Part shown: one piece after another, positions 37,143 through 48,833 of the stretch
Position numbering within the stretch: position 1 is the stretch's first letter
How the letters are laid out: the number at the start of each line of letters is the position of its first letter
Assembly: GCA_002633005.1 (NCBI GenBank)
Contig: NMRA01000425.1
Location: 1-64,000, forward strand
Reading direction: 5' to 3'
DNA length: 64,000 nt
DNA from: Phoronis australis
Lineage: Eukaryota > Animalia > Phoronida
The notes under the pieces: model-generated
Databases searched by the model: none
What the model was told of the DNA's origin: nothing
Seen by the model: only the letters and a program-made list of their open reading frames with translations
Program-made: the position numbers and the translations under genes

Positions 37143-37564
37143 TGATTTTGACCGCAGTGAGAGATTTTCCCGGAATAGAATGTTCAGCTTCTAAATTTAA
37201 CCAATGAAAAATTCATCACAAGAATTATATTCACGCAGAAAACTTAAATATATTTAAGTTTTCAAATGTGAATGGTATTTAACAGCACATAAATTTCTTG
37301 CTTTTTAATTCTTAATTGCGTGTAGTTTAAGCCGTGTCGTGGGCGCCGTATTATTCTCACTGATGTTCACAGATGTAACGTGCTTTGTCGCTGCATTCCT
37401 TGCTTTGCAGGTTCTGTGTACTGGGATTGAAAACCTCGCATGCCGCATCTGAAAAAGTGGCAACAATCACGTGGTACATGTATGAGTAATACAGTAACAA
37501 TGAGAAGTTTGAGTTGCCGATTACTTACATGTACTTGAATGCACCACAACTCTTGGTGTTGGTG
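37143..37564 (-). repeat. Duplicate of 37577-37997 across a 12-n gap, including a second copy of the terminal lectin exon (37448-37357)
   Basis: Near-identical sequence on both sides of the gap; the exon ends ..RYICEHQ* here and ..RYICENQ* in the other copy. Confidence 0.85.
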
Positions 37565-37790
37565 NNNNNNNNNNNNTGATTTTGACCGCAGTGAGAGATT
37601 TTCCCGGAATAAAATGTTCAGCTTCTAAATTTAACCAATGAAAAATTCATCACAAGAATTATATTCACGCAGAAAACTTAAATATATTTAAGTTTTCAAA
37701 TGTGAATGGTATTTAACAGCACATAAATTTCTTGCTTTTTAATTCTTAATTGCGTGTAGTTTAAGCCGTGTCGTGGGTGCCGTATTATTC

Positions 37791-40427
37791 TCACTGATTT
37801 TCACAGATGTAACGTGCTTTGTCGCTGCATTCCTTGCTTTGCAGGTTCTGTGTACTGGGATTGAAAACCTCGCATGCCGCATCTGAAAAAGTGGCAACAA
37901 TCACGTGGTACATGTATGAGTAATACAGTAACAGTCAGAAGTTTGAGTTGCCGATTAGTTACATGTACTTGAATGCACCACAACTCTTGGTGTTGGTGAA
38001 AGAAATTTGTTGCTTGACCTTGACATATATTTTAAATAATAAATAACATTCTGAGTACAACAGAGTGTATGTGATCGTTTGCCCGAGCGGCACTAATACA
38101 AATTTCGTTCAGACAGATAGTTGGCATATTTAGGGAGACAAGGTCTCGCCTCTTAGGAAACGACCGAAACAAATGCAGCCGATATGTCACTTGAACGAGA
38201 TTTGTAGGGGCTACGCAAACATGTGACTTCAGAAAATAGTAATTCGTCCCCCATTTTTCCTCAGAAATGTGTGACCCCCCTTACATCTAACTTTAATCCG
38301 CCTGTAAAATACAAATCATGAAATTTAATTTATAATCAGCAACTAATTTGCTTGGTTCTCCAAAATTAAGCAAGCTGAACCGCATGATCACGTGACTCAT
38401 AAACGAGGAGTTTTTCTTTATTTTAATTTAGAACGTGAAGTTAATTTGACAACACAGTGGTATTGTATAGTGAGTCAGCTAGCAATATGTGAATGAATTT
38501 CTTGTCGAACGCCTACACTTAAAAGATACAAATTAAATTGCATACTTATTCTGTTTATTTAAAAACGCAGCTTTTAAAAAACGTCATTGCTACAGTTTGT
38601 TTGTTGCACGTGTTACCAATAATTATGTTGAAAAAGATTATTATTACTAAATACCTATCTACAAAGCGGAAAATTCATAGGAGGCAACTTTTGAAAGGAG
38701 GACAAAAGGTAAATTCTTACCAACAACATTCCACACCTCAACATCGGTCCATTTAACATTGCGTCCACAGCCGAGTTCTCCATTGTAGGTAGATTTACTG
38801 CATCTGCCGTTAGACGGGAAATACTTGTTGCTACTGTCATACGAGTGGCTACCATAGAAGAACAACAGGTCGATACCTCCGCCAAAGAATGGGCCATGTT
38901 TGTAATGATCGCGCAGGGCGTTTTCTCGAAACCAGTACTGGCTGTACCTGACTGATGTGCATCCTTGTCTGCACAGCCGAAACACGAAAGCGTTGCTGTC
39001 CTTCTTGTAGTCGTTGACACTTGCCCAGGAGACAGAGGCATAACCACCGAAAGTGGTTCCGCTCGTTGAATCTTTCCCAATAGAGATGGTTGGGCCCTTA
39101 TTGTTGCATCTGCTGTGAAATACTGAAGGCTTCATACCGTCACGTGTTGCCCGGTACAGGAGCTTGAATGTCTTTCCCGGGAACCATTCTCTCAGTAAAG
39201 CTACGTGGTCTGTAGTCAATAAGTTTGAACTAAGAATGGCTCCCATGCCTAAAATTCAAGAGTATCATACAAACACGGAGTTTCATCCATGTTTTCAAGG
39301 TGACAGCGCAGTTTTGGCTAATGGAATTATAACATTAAAAATGGCAGAAACCAAAATGTTAGTTTACGATTTTGTCACATGAACAGCAAAAAATGAGTCA
39401 CAATTAATGAAACGTGAAACCTGGGTAGTTTATTCATGAATGAATCCAAGGTAAAAGAATACTGGTAAAAACTACAGACTGTTAACACTTACTTGTCTGA
39501 AGCTTAAAGTAAGATAGTGCTATCATGTAAGATGATGGGATTTTGAAATAAGCACAACTAAGGATCATGCAACTTATAGAGTGGAATAAACTAAATCGCT
39601 TCTGAAAATTGGCATTTAACGCCATTGACATTAATACCTTTTCCCGTATCTTTCCCACCAGCCCATATGATGTCGTCTGTTTTCAACGATTCTTGACCAA
39701 GGAGAGATCTCAAGCCATGAGAATCCATTGAAACTACGTGAGAATTGTCTTCAAGGCATTTTCTTATCGCGGTTTCCCAATCCACTGATGTGTTGCTCAG
39801 TTTGAAACACGAATGTCCAAAGTAACGATATTGACTTGAGCAGTACAATTTGCTTAAAATGCGTTCAAAGGAGATCGATGACATTTCTCGTTGACTTATC
39901 ACTTCCTGTTGTAACTCGGTAGCATTAAATGAAATGGACTTTCGTAGTTTCTTGTGAGAGCGATTCATAGTTCTTAAAATCGTTGAATGAAATTCCCGAT
40001 TTTTACGTCCTTCTTCAATGCTTTTGTTTTGCATTCCTTCAAGCTTCGTTTGAAAGTGAGTTATGCTTTTTAGAACAGCCGCCTGAAAAATTCGGTCCTT
40101 AAGTCTTTCTGCGTTGCTACTGTTTCGCATTTCTTCAAGCTCTGTTTGAAAGCAACCCAATGCTTTTAGAATGGTCGATTGAAAATCCTGGTTCTTAAGT
40201 TGCTCTTCGTTGCTACTGTTTCGCATTTCTTCATGCTTAGGTTGAAAGTGAGTTACGTTCTTTCGAACAGTCGATTGAAAATCCCGGTTGCTTTTTTCTT
40301 CGTTTTCCAGCAAAGAGATGACAGAATCTTCGGCAACAGACCTCTTCGTGGCAGCCGAAATCGCCTGGAGGGATGCAACTACATGGCACAGCACAACGAT
40401 GACTACCAGGAGATTAGCGTAGAACAT
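37791..40427 (-). CDS. Copy 2: secreted C-type-lectin-domain protein with an inserted TLDc domain and a four-repeat neck; exons 40427-39638, 39248-38721, 37882-37791; 469 aa
   Basis: Leader MFYANLLVVIVVLCHVVAS; four ~32-aa repeats; CSSQYRYFGHSCFKL..WETAIRKC..IWAGG; phase-1 splices at the same positions as copy 1; last exon DAACEVFNPSTQNLQSKECSDKARYICENQ*. Confidence 0.85.
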
Positions 40428-43375
40428 TTCTGATCATAGATTTATCGACATAGACGTGCACAGTTAAACCGTTTTCCAACAACAAATAGCAACAAATGTC
40501 CTGACTTGTAGAGCGTTTCTCAAGGTTGTGAATGTGACGTAGACATAACATTTCTTGATAAGGTGAACGTTGATACTAAAGTGAAATGTTTTTCTTGTGT
40601 GAGAAACACTGAGATTAGATAAGTCCATGAATATGGTCAATAGTTTATGTGCAAGATACAGCGAAACGCATACACGTACGTACATGTACGTTGACACGCA
40701 TACCAACAAACCACTGAGAGTAATCCCTGATGTTTTGCATAAAAGTCCTCATGTTTTTAAATAAGCGATCTCAGTGTACTGGGAGGGAAAATTTTTAAAG
40801 CGTTCCTACAGTGAATTTTTGCACTTTTTGAGGTTCTAGACCGTGTATGAAATTAACTTTATAGTTTATGGGTATTGAACCTAGTGTTAATTTCAACTGT
40901 TACGTAATTGATGGAAATTATGAAATTAACCTTACTGTATTATTCACCCAGAACGATATTAGAATTCACGAGGGACTTTTGTTAACTTATAGTGACTGGT
41001 CGTATTGCATTAGGAGCACCAGCTGCCACCTGGTGGTGTTAAGATGTACTTCCAGTTCAAAGTGGTAAACAGAAGGACCTGTAAACAGATTATTCGCTTG
41101 TTTAGTATGACGTTATTTTTGAAGATTTTGACCCGGTCAAATAAAACTAAGATGCAAAAATTTAAAAACTAGAATAATAATTAAGCCACACTTATGTATC
41201 GCTGTATATTTGTGAGGTCTTGGAAAATTATTACCCCATTAATTATGGACTTGCTCTTTCTCAACTCTTCGGGAGCATACAGTAAGTGCAAGAGTTGTTG
41301 TTTCAATCCAAAAACACAATTGTGTTAGCAATTCATGTGTTTCCAAGACCTGCAAAAACTTTGAAAACATGATGTGACTGAGTAGTTCTATTACTATTTG
41401 TGGGTCCACGGCTCCTTGATAGCAGCTTATACGTCATCACTAAACACCCGAATAACATTTTGTTGGATGATGAGCGTTCTTATTTTATGTTACAGCATCA
41501 CGGGGAAACAGAATGCAGTAAACGTCGCGTAAGCCGGTTCAACCAGAACGAGATATGTCATGTCAGATCATCTACCAATGTCATGATGTACCACTGAGCG
41601 TCTCTGCTGACTAGTGAAATATGCAACTACAATGTAGTTTTTGTTTGTTTTACTCCAATTAACGACTCACATGCTCTGTTGTGCCCTGCTTTCTCGAGCC
41701 AATCGCCCTCATTGTCGGGTTAGGTCGGGTTAAACCCTATCCCATTTGTACTCTAGCTCATTGTTCATGTCGAACTCGTTTTCAAGATCTTGCCTGAACT
41801 TTTCAAACGCAACGATTGGTGACAAGTAAAAGACACCAAGTTTAAAGACTTGCGTATATCATAAGCATACTTCTCTATCGTGCCATCTATTTTAAGAGTA
41901 TCTGTCAAAACAGTGCGCCAGAATGTACAAGAACCATGCCATCTATGGAATCGCTTGATGATCATTTAATTGCAATAAAGCAAATCAGTCAGAGTTGTCA
42001 ATATGTATCTCTACACTAGACTAATGCCAAGTTTAAGCTGCTGTGAAGCCTGTGTTCTATCCATGAAACAAGCTAATAATTCGTAACTGTTAACTCTCAG
42101 TTCTAGGAAAGCCTTGAAATCACGTCCAGTTTAACAAAAGAAATTCTTAGACCTAGTTCTAAAACTGTAAGTTCACAAAGTAAAAAATTGATTTTTGTAA
42201 CTGAAGGCGAGTGTTTTGAATTTTTGAAAACCGGTTATCGTCTGTTTTACAGTTGCCGGTTGGCGCTGGGTTTGGGTAACTCGAGGGCTGTGGGGAAAAC
42301 ATCCGTTCAACCGCGAATTGTAAAATCCAGTTAGTTACGCAATGAGGCTAATCAAACACTTAACTTCTGGTGGTGTCACTAAAACAAACAATTTAATTCA
42401 GTAAAAGTGAATACTTTCAGACCTCTGTAGAACTTTATTTTGACATTAAACCAACCTGCCAGTAATTAGATCACATGACATCGTTTTAGGAAAAGATAGA
42501 ACAAATAGAAGGCACATCCACAGCACACGGTCTGATCTCCATTCTTTGGTTATCAGAGTTGAAGGTGAGACAGGAATCTGAAAGTTAATTTATGTAAAAT
42601 AGTAACCTCTAATGGTATAATATTATTATACAGTTATTGCAATTACTCAAATCATTCACCAACTTAACACGTCATGTATTTTGGCATTTTACATCGCATT
42701 TCGTCAGCTAAAATGACCTTAACGTAAATTTTTCAAAACCCATATCATTCGCAAAATCACTAGTTGTAGTCGACAATATATCAATACATTTTTGCCATTG
42801 CCTCATTGAAATGAAGCCATCGCTAACGCGGTAATTACTCTACTATACACATCGGACCTTACATCTGTTTCCTTATTAAACGGACCTCTTGGGAACAGAT
42901 CGAACGACCAAGTACAAGATGCCGTGAAAAGGGCCTCCTGGCAATCAATGCGGGAAGTGTAGATATCTACTGGTGAAGTTCAACATGCCTTGAAACTGGT
43001 GGAGTTTTTAATGAAAGGAAGAGTGCCGGTACTAATAAGAACAATGATGACAATGAGAATTATGATAATAGTGTGGTATAACACAAGAATGCACACAAAA
43101 TGCCATCGTCATCTTTAATTGAGAAACAACCGGTTCTTTGTTGGTAAAACACGATCACGTAAAACACGTACTGAGATGACGGAAATTTCCAACACGTCCG
43201 TAATTCACTAGAGGCAGTAAAAGTGTCTAACACCCTACCTCAAAAATGGTGGATTTGATTGAGATGAAATTTTCGGATACACTACTTGATGTAGTGATTT
43301 CCAAAGGTGTGTTAAATGTTATCTTAAATGGTTTCATTTTTCACATGAACAGCCAAAAATGGAGTCGATAACATT

Positions 43376-44340
43376 TTGCCATTTCTGGACGTGTTAGTAG
43401 AGCGTGAGGGTACCTCAGTGATAACATCAGTATTTCATAAGAAGACTTACACAGGACTGTACACTTGTTTTCATAGCTTCACATCCTTTGTTTATAAAGT
43501 AGGTCTCATAAAGACGCTAATAGACAGGGTATATCGCATTAACAACACTTGGGCTAGATTTGATTCTAATATCAAAGAACTTACAACGAATTTGCAAAAG
43601 AATGGCTATCCCCTAGAATTAGTCAATAGGGTACTGAAAGCAAGACTCCAACGTAACCCTGATGATGTTCATCCTGTAGACAAAACTAACTACAAGTACT
43701 TTAAAATACCCTATGTTGGGTTTTACGCCAAAATTGCTCAACGAAAACTCAACAAATTGGTGAATGATTACTGTGTGAACTTAAGAGTTGTATTAACATT
43801 CAAGTCTCTAAAACTGTCGAGTTTATTTAACCCTAAGGACAAAATTTCTATGGGTCTACGGTCCAAGGTTGTATACAAATTTATCTGTGCTGGATGTGGC
43901 TCCAGTTATATAGGCGAAACTGTTCGCCATTTGAAAACCAGGACCAAGGAACATCTAAATTCTGACAGTAATTCACATGTAAATATTCACCTGCAGAGCT
44001 CCAATCATTGTTATCAGCAGTGCTCTTTCAATGACTTTGCAATAATAGACCAGGCAGTAACAACAAAGGAGCTTAAAATTCGTGAGGCTTTACATATCAG
44101 TTGGTGCAAGCCCAATCTCAATAGGCAACTGACACACCACAGGTTGTCATTGTTGGTATAGTTCATTGTCACTCCCTGTAACTGACTGTATCTGTGCTTC
44201 ATTACTTGTTGCTGGGCCTAGCTAGGTGGCCACTGTATTATGACTTCTGAGGATGGTGTTTAATAAATGACACCGAAACATGTCAAGTTTTAAATCCGTT
44301 GTTGTTTTCGTGAACATATGCTGTTACTTGCTATCATGGA
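43376..44340 (+). mobile_element. 5'-truncated Penelope-like retroelement (RT thumb + GIY-YIG, ORF 43376-44161, followed by pLTR tail)
   Basis: PFLDVLV..TSVFHKKTYTGLY..KVGLIKTLIDR..NGYP..IPYVG..VVYKFICAGCGSSYIGETVRHLKTRTKEH..LKIREALHI..KPNLNRQ. Confidence 0.93.
44243..44288 (+). ncRNA. Minimal type I hammerhead ribozyme in the Penelope pLTR
   Basis: ACTT-CTGAGGA-TGGTGT-TTAATAAATG-ACACC-GAAA-CATG-TC-AAGT: CUGANGA/GAAA core, stem I ACTT/AAGT, stem II GGTGT/ACACC, palindromic stem III, GUC cleavage triplet. Confidence 0.82.
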
Positions 44341-44508
44341 GAAGTCACTTAAAACCTAAGTAGTTTATTCATCAACAGAGCGAACATAACCGAAAATACC
44401 GCAGGTAAAAACAACATACAGCTAACACTTACTTAATATAGTGTATACAGTTAATATTTGTTCTAAAATGATGGGATTCTGAAATACGCACAAGCGTTAA
44501 CTTGGTGA

Positions 44509-44754
44509 TCATAAATCGTATAGAGTGAAAGATTTCTTTACCCAAGATGCTCCTGAAAAACACTTGCATTTCTTCAAGATCATGGTTTTTAAAACAGTCG
44601 ATTGGAAAATCCGGTTGCTTTTTTCATTCTCGTTCAGTAAAGAGATGACAGATTCTTCGAAAACAGATCTCTTCGCCGCAGCCGACGTTGCTTGGAGAGA
44701 TGCGACTTCATGACACAGCCCAACGATGACTACTAGGAGATTAGAGTTGAACAT
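44509..44754 (-). pseudogene. Copy 3: truncated lectin-TLDc paralogue (signal peptide and first neck repeat only; lectin part deleted, TLDc exon absent)
   Basis: MFNSNLLVVIVGLCHEVASLQATSAAAKRSVFEESVISLLNENEKSNRIFQSTVLK, then divergence; adjacent 44350-44510 and 43340-43372 match intron 1 of the other copies. Confidence 0.8.
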
Positions 44755-44882
44755 TTTTGCTGATGAGTTTATCGACATGAACACGTGCAGCTGGACCGTT
44801 TCACAACACTAACTGGGAACAAATGTCCTCAACCTCAAATGTAAAACATCACTAGAGCTTGTCAAAATGACAGGAACCTATT

Positions 44883-44909
44883 ATCAATCAATCAATCAAT
44901 CAATCAATA
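44883..44909. repeat. (ATCA)n microsatellite
   Basis: Visible repeat. Confidence 0.9.
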
Positions 44910-45039
44910 TCATTTATTGTACATCGTGGGCATTGCCTACACATATACATCAATACACAAATGAATATTCATAGTATTTCCACAGACAGTAGTTCTTCTC
45001 TTTAAGTCATGGGGACTCAAGAATACCATATCCACCAGC

Positions 45040-45356
45040 ATGACGTCAAGGACAATTCACTATCTTCAAGTTGAGAACCGGCCCCTGCCAGCTGCTCTCC
45101 CGCATGCATCGCCAGAAAATATCTCACACAAATGAGTGTCCCCGTGGTACTGGCCCTCATACTCCTGAGCATTTACTGCAGAGCTGTCCTCCCTGTACGT
45201 TCGATACCCTAAGGCGCCAGACATGGCCCAGTTCGGTGGAACTTAAAGTAAAACGGTGGGGCCCGACGGTATCATTGTGGCGAACTGCAGACTTCTCCCA
45301 GAGGACCAGACTGACCATTTACGCTAGATGGCCGGGAACGCTGGAGAAGAAGAGGA
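45040..45356 (+). mobile_element. 3' fragment of a LINE (I/Ingi-like C-terminal zinc knuckle)
   Basis: IFKLRTGPCQLLSRMHRQKISHTNECPRGTGPHTPEHLLQSCP resembles LRTGH..C-x-C..EH...CP; ends in an AGA-rich tail. Confidence 0.7.
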
Positions 45357-47789
45357 AATGAATATTCAGAGTATTTACACAGAGAACAGTTCTCTTCTTA
45401 AAGCCATGGCCCGTCTGAATATACAATGCAAAACGATGGATACTGTCATGATGTTTCTGTTGAAATAACCCAAAAAACGCAATATGACACTTTAGGGCAA
45501 CGTTACCTATTATAAGACGAGCTTACATTAATACATTTTGCTAAGGCCTGCTGGACCAAGTGGTTAGCTAAAAACATTTGGATGTTAAACATCAAAACTC
45601 CTTTGAAGTCAAGCTTTAAACTCGGCGCTCATTCAACAAAGTCAGTTTTTCAGACCCGGCACTCACTTATTGTCGACTACATGGCGTGTTTGGTAAGTTT
45701 TTATAAATGACCATTGTTTCAAACAGTGTTCGTCACACCTGACATCAAATCCAGACTAGTACAGGATTGGGGTCTGCTAGTAAGATGCGTTTGCATGATT
45801 TTAAAGATTTGCAACGCATCCATTTATTAAATACCAAGCTTTATTGTGACGTGCTTTTAATTAACAATAGGTCATAAACTATGCAGTAAAACAAGGAATT
45901 GTGGATAAAATATGCTCATTCACTTAGTCTTAAATTAAGACCTTCAGCGCTTATGTGTCAAAGCGTTTTAATTGGCTTTTAGACGACGCTTATTCGAGAC
46001 CGGCACTTATTAAAGGACTGGCACTTATGGCCGAAAGAACGACAATTAGTAACTCTGTGAATAATTATCGGTGGACATCCACAAAAAATAATAAATGTAT
46101 AGGTAAAGTCCAGAAACTCGAGAGAGAAAATGGGAATCTAAATCACATAGTAAACGCAAACAAGCAACGTATTAGCAACATACATGTAGGAAGAGCTTCT
46201 GCAAGTGCATGCGCACCTTAATGGTGGAGAAACTACCACAATATTCTTCATTTTGCCTGCAATAGACTAACAGCGAACTATCAACTGGGTTAAAATGCAA
46301 TACAAATGCAAAAAATGGTTTTAAAGCGCAGAAAACCACCGATGGAATAGACAGTAGGACTACCATTAGTGATATCCAAAGATGAACAAGATCTAAAAGC
46401 AGAGCTAAAACAAAACAATTAGAATTTTTTCGTAAAGACACATCGTCGTTTGATTGAAATCTACTATCCAGAAAATGGCGTGGAGTGTATTCAATGGTTT
46501 TACAATCCTGTTGAACTTTATTTATTTTAATTCAATTTTAACAAGTAGCAAAATGCGTATAGTAATTTATGACAAAATAGTTTGCGAAATTGTTTAGAAG
46601 TGACAACAGCAAAAGCTATTTCAACGTCGATTTCACCCCGGGAAAGGTAGTTTAAATATTTCAAGTTATTAAATGTGAAATATTCAACATAATCTGAGTA
46701 TTAATATTTTTCTGATATGGCAAGTGGCAAGGCAGGTCAATTGTTCTAGCAGTCGTAGCTAAAGAACTTCTTTCACGGTGTTAAGGAGGACATGTTCCAC
46801 TGTTTCTATCCTAGAATTGCCTTTTAGTAAATGCCCCACCCCATCGATTGCCTGCAAGCATGATTTGATACTTGGTGTGTGTCGATTCCCGTGTTCAAGC
46901 AGGTTTGACGATGGAAATATTTATAGAGTCATATATCACTGTTGCATGTCATGGGCAAACAACGCACGAAAATCCTGATAACCGACTTAGAAACTAGACT
47001 GGCACATGATATTTGCATGAATGACAGGCGGAGATAGGCAAGGTTATTGCATATGGCACCTGTGTATATCGCATTGGTAGCGTCAAAACATCCAAATGAA
47101 CGGCCAAGTCGTTTTACTGTGCATTCACAGGCTTTCAATAATGCTTCTCACTTGAAACATTGTGGAAAATACTACAAAAAGTCGGTATGCGTGGTGACAT
47201 CCCCGTAACCTATAATATGGGCAGTATCTTTTCTTTAACAAAAATGCTGTTGAACATTTTACTTTTTTCAGGGTCCTCTTGATAGTTCAGAATGCATGCA
47301 TCACACGACCTTGTGTTATAATGAAGGGACTCTACCACCGTTTAAAATTCACCGTTAGCACAAGACAAAGAAGTGCAAGGCCGGGATTCTTTTGTGGTAG
47401 TTGTGATTGTTTACCTATAAATAATGTCCTAGCTGCAAGTATTTGAATGCTAGAATGCGGGCGCGTTAGTGGATCACTGGAAACAAAGATTCTCCGATTT
47501 CGTCAGTGGGTAGAAAGATGTAATCATGACACTTTATGTTACTTAAAATCTAATTATGCATGCAAATCAGGTTAATGATAGATTATAAGATCAAACAAGA
47601 CTTGCGTGAGTAAGATGAAGTTTGATGGTAATTTCACTTCGCTCGGGAGACGTTGAGAAACCAAAGCATCAGTAAAAATCTGTAGTCTGAAGAAAATATA
47701 CACCAAAAACAATACTATCACAAACGCTTTATTAAGTCAATACTCAACAAACCAACTCATTTGCGTACACTCTTAAACAAAATATCCTC

Positions 47790-48330
47790 AGAAAAAGTAC
47801 AGTCTTTACGAACCGGTTTCTTCCAATCCTTGCTCTAACCAGCTGTTCTTAGAACGGTAGATGAAGTCACTTTGGCCTTAGCAGCACAAGAAGCTGCCGC
47901 AGATCGAGTCGAGTTAGGTGCAAACATAGTCCTATCAACGCCCGCCTTACATTAAACTGACCCAAATACAACGTGAAGCAGTGGACTTCGGAACAGCTTC
48001 ATTAATAGCAATTGTACGAGTTGTGGTTCCTCTCAAATCCAGCGTTTGATACGAGTACTTTCTCAAAAACAATAACCAGAATAGACGCCTGTCTGGTGTA
48101 AAATCAGTAAACACAGGTAAACATCAGATAAACAGGCTTCCCTGCTCTAGATTGTTTCAATAAATCTACAATAGTAAGGTGATCACGAGGAAAACTAATA
48201 TCTATATTCCTGACATGAAGCAAGTCTACAATTTGAGTACGCTGTCCAGAACGCAACAGCAACATACATGTACATGTAGCCAAATTCTGTTCACTTCAGC
48301 TTACTGCATTCTTAAAACAGGTGATTTTGC
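47790..48330 (-). mobile_element. Decayed DIRS-type tyrosine recombinase fragment
   Basis: Minus-strand pieces MLLLRSGQRTQIVDLL, DLLKQSRAG, PDRRL and AGVDRTMFAPNSTRSAAAS..VLRTAG* match the GQR and HSTR-xA-AGW boxes of DIRS recombinases. Confidence 0.72.
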
Positions 48331-48833
48331 CGTTCAAAATTTGTTATAGTGCTTGAAGGACCTGGGAACATTTTGGATAATCCATGTTATGAAAAGAAAA
48401 ACAATTGTATTCCGTGTTGAAAGAGTAGTCGTCTACATGCAGGCTTACTATATTTTTTATTTTCCATTAACTTTTATTGAAAGAAAATCATTCACCAGTC
48501 TAATTTCAGCTCGCAGCATTACAAAAACAATATTTACCATACAGGCGTGCCCTGATGAATATTTCAGTGGAAACCTTTCGCAAAAACATAAAAGATTGCT
48601 CGCAATCAAACACTTATATAAATTAAAGCTAAGTGGTAATTTATTGAGTAGTATTGTGGCTCATTAGTTGATGTCGGTGTTGTTTCTTCTGTCAGTTCCC
48701 AAGAGCTTTGGTTCTTGTCTCGCTCAGCGATGTTTGTAAAATTTTCTACAAACAAGACACCCAACACTTCCTGGTGATATTTAAAGCCAGGTCAGCAATG
48801 CTCACACAATTGTGATTTACAGAAAGACTGCGT

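Noticed and set aside
37357-37448. Alternative terminal exon for copy 2
   Set aside because: Part of a near-identical duplication directly across an N gap; more likely allelic contig overlap than a real second exon
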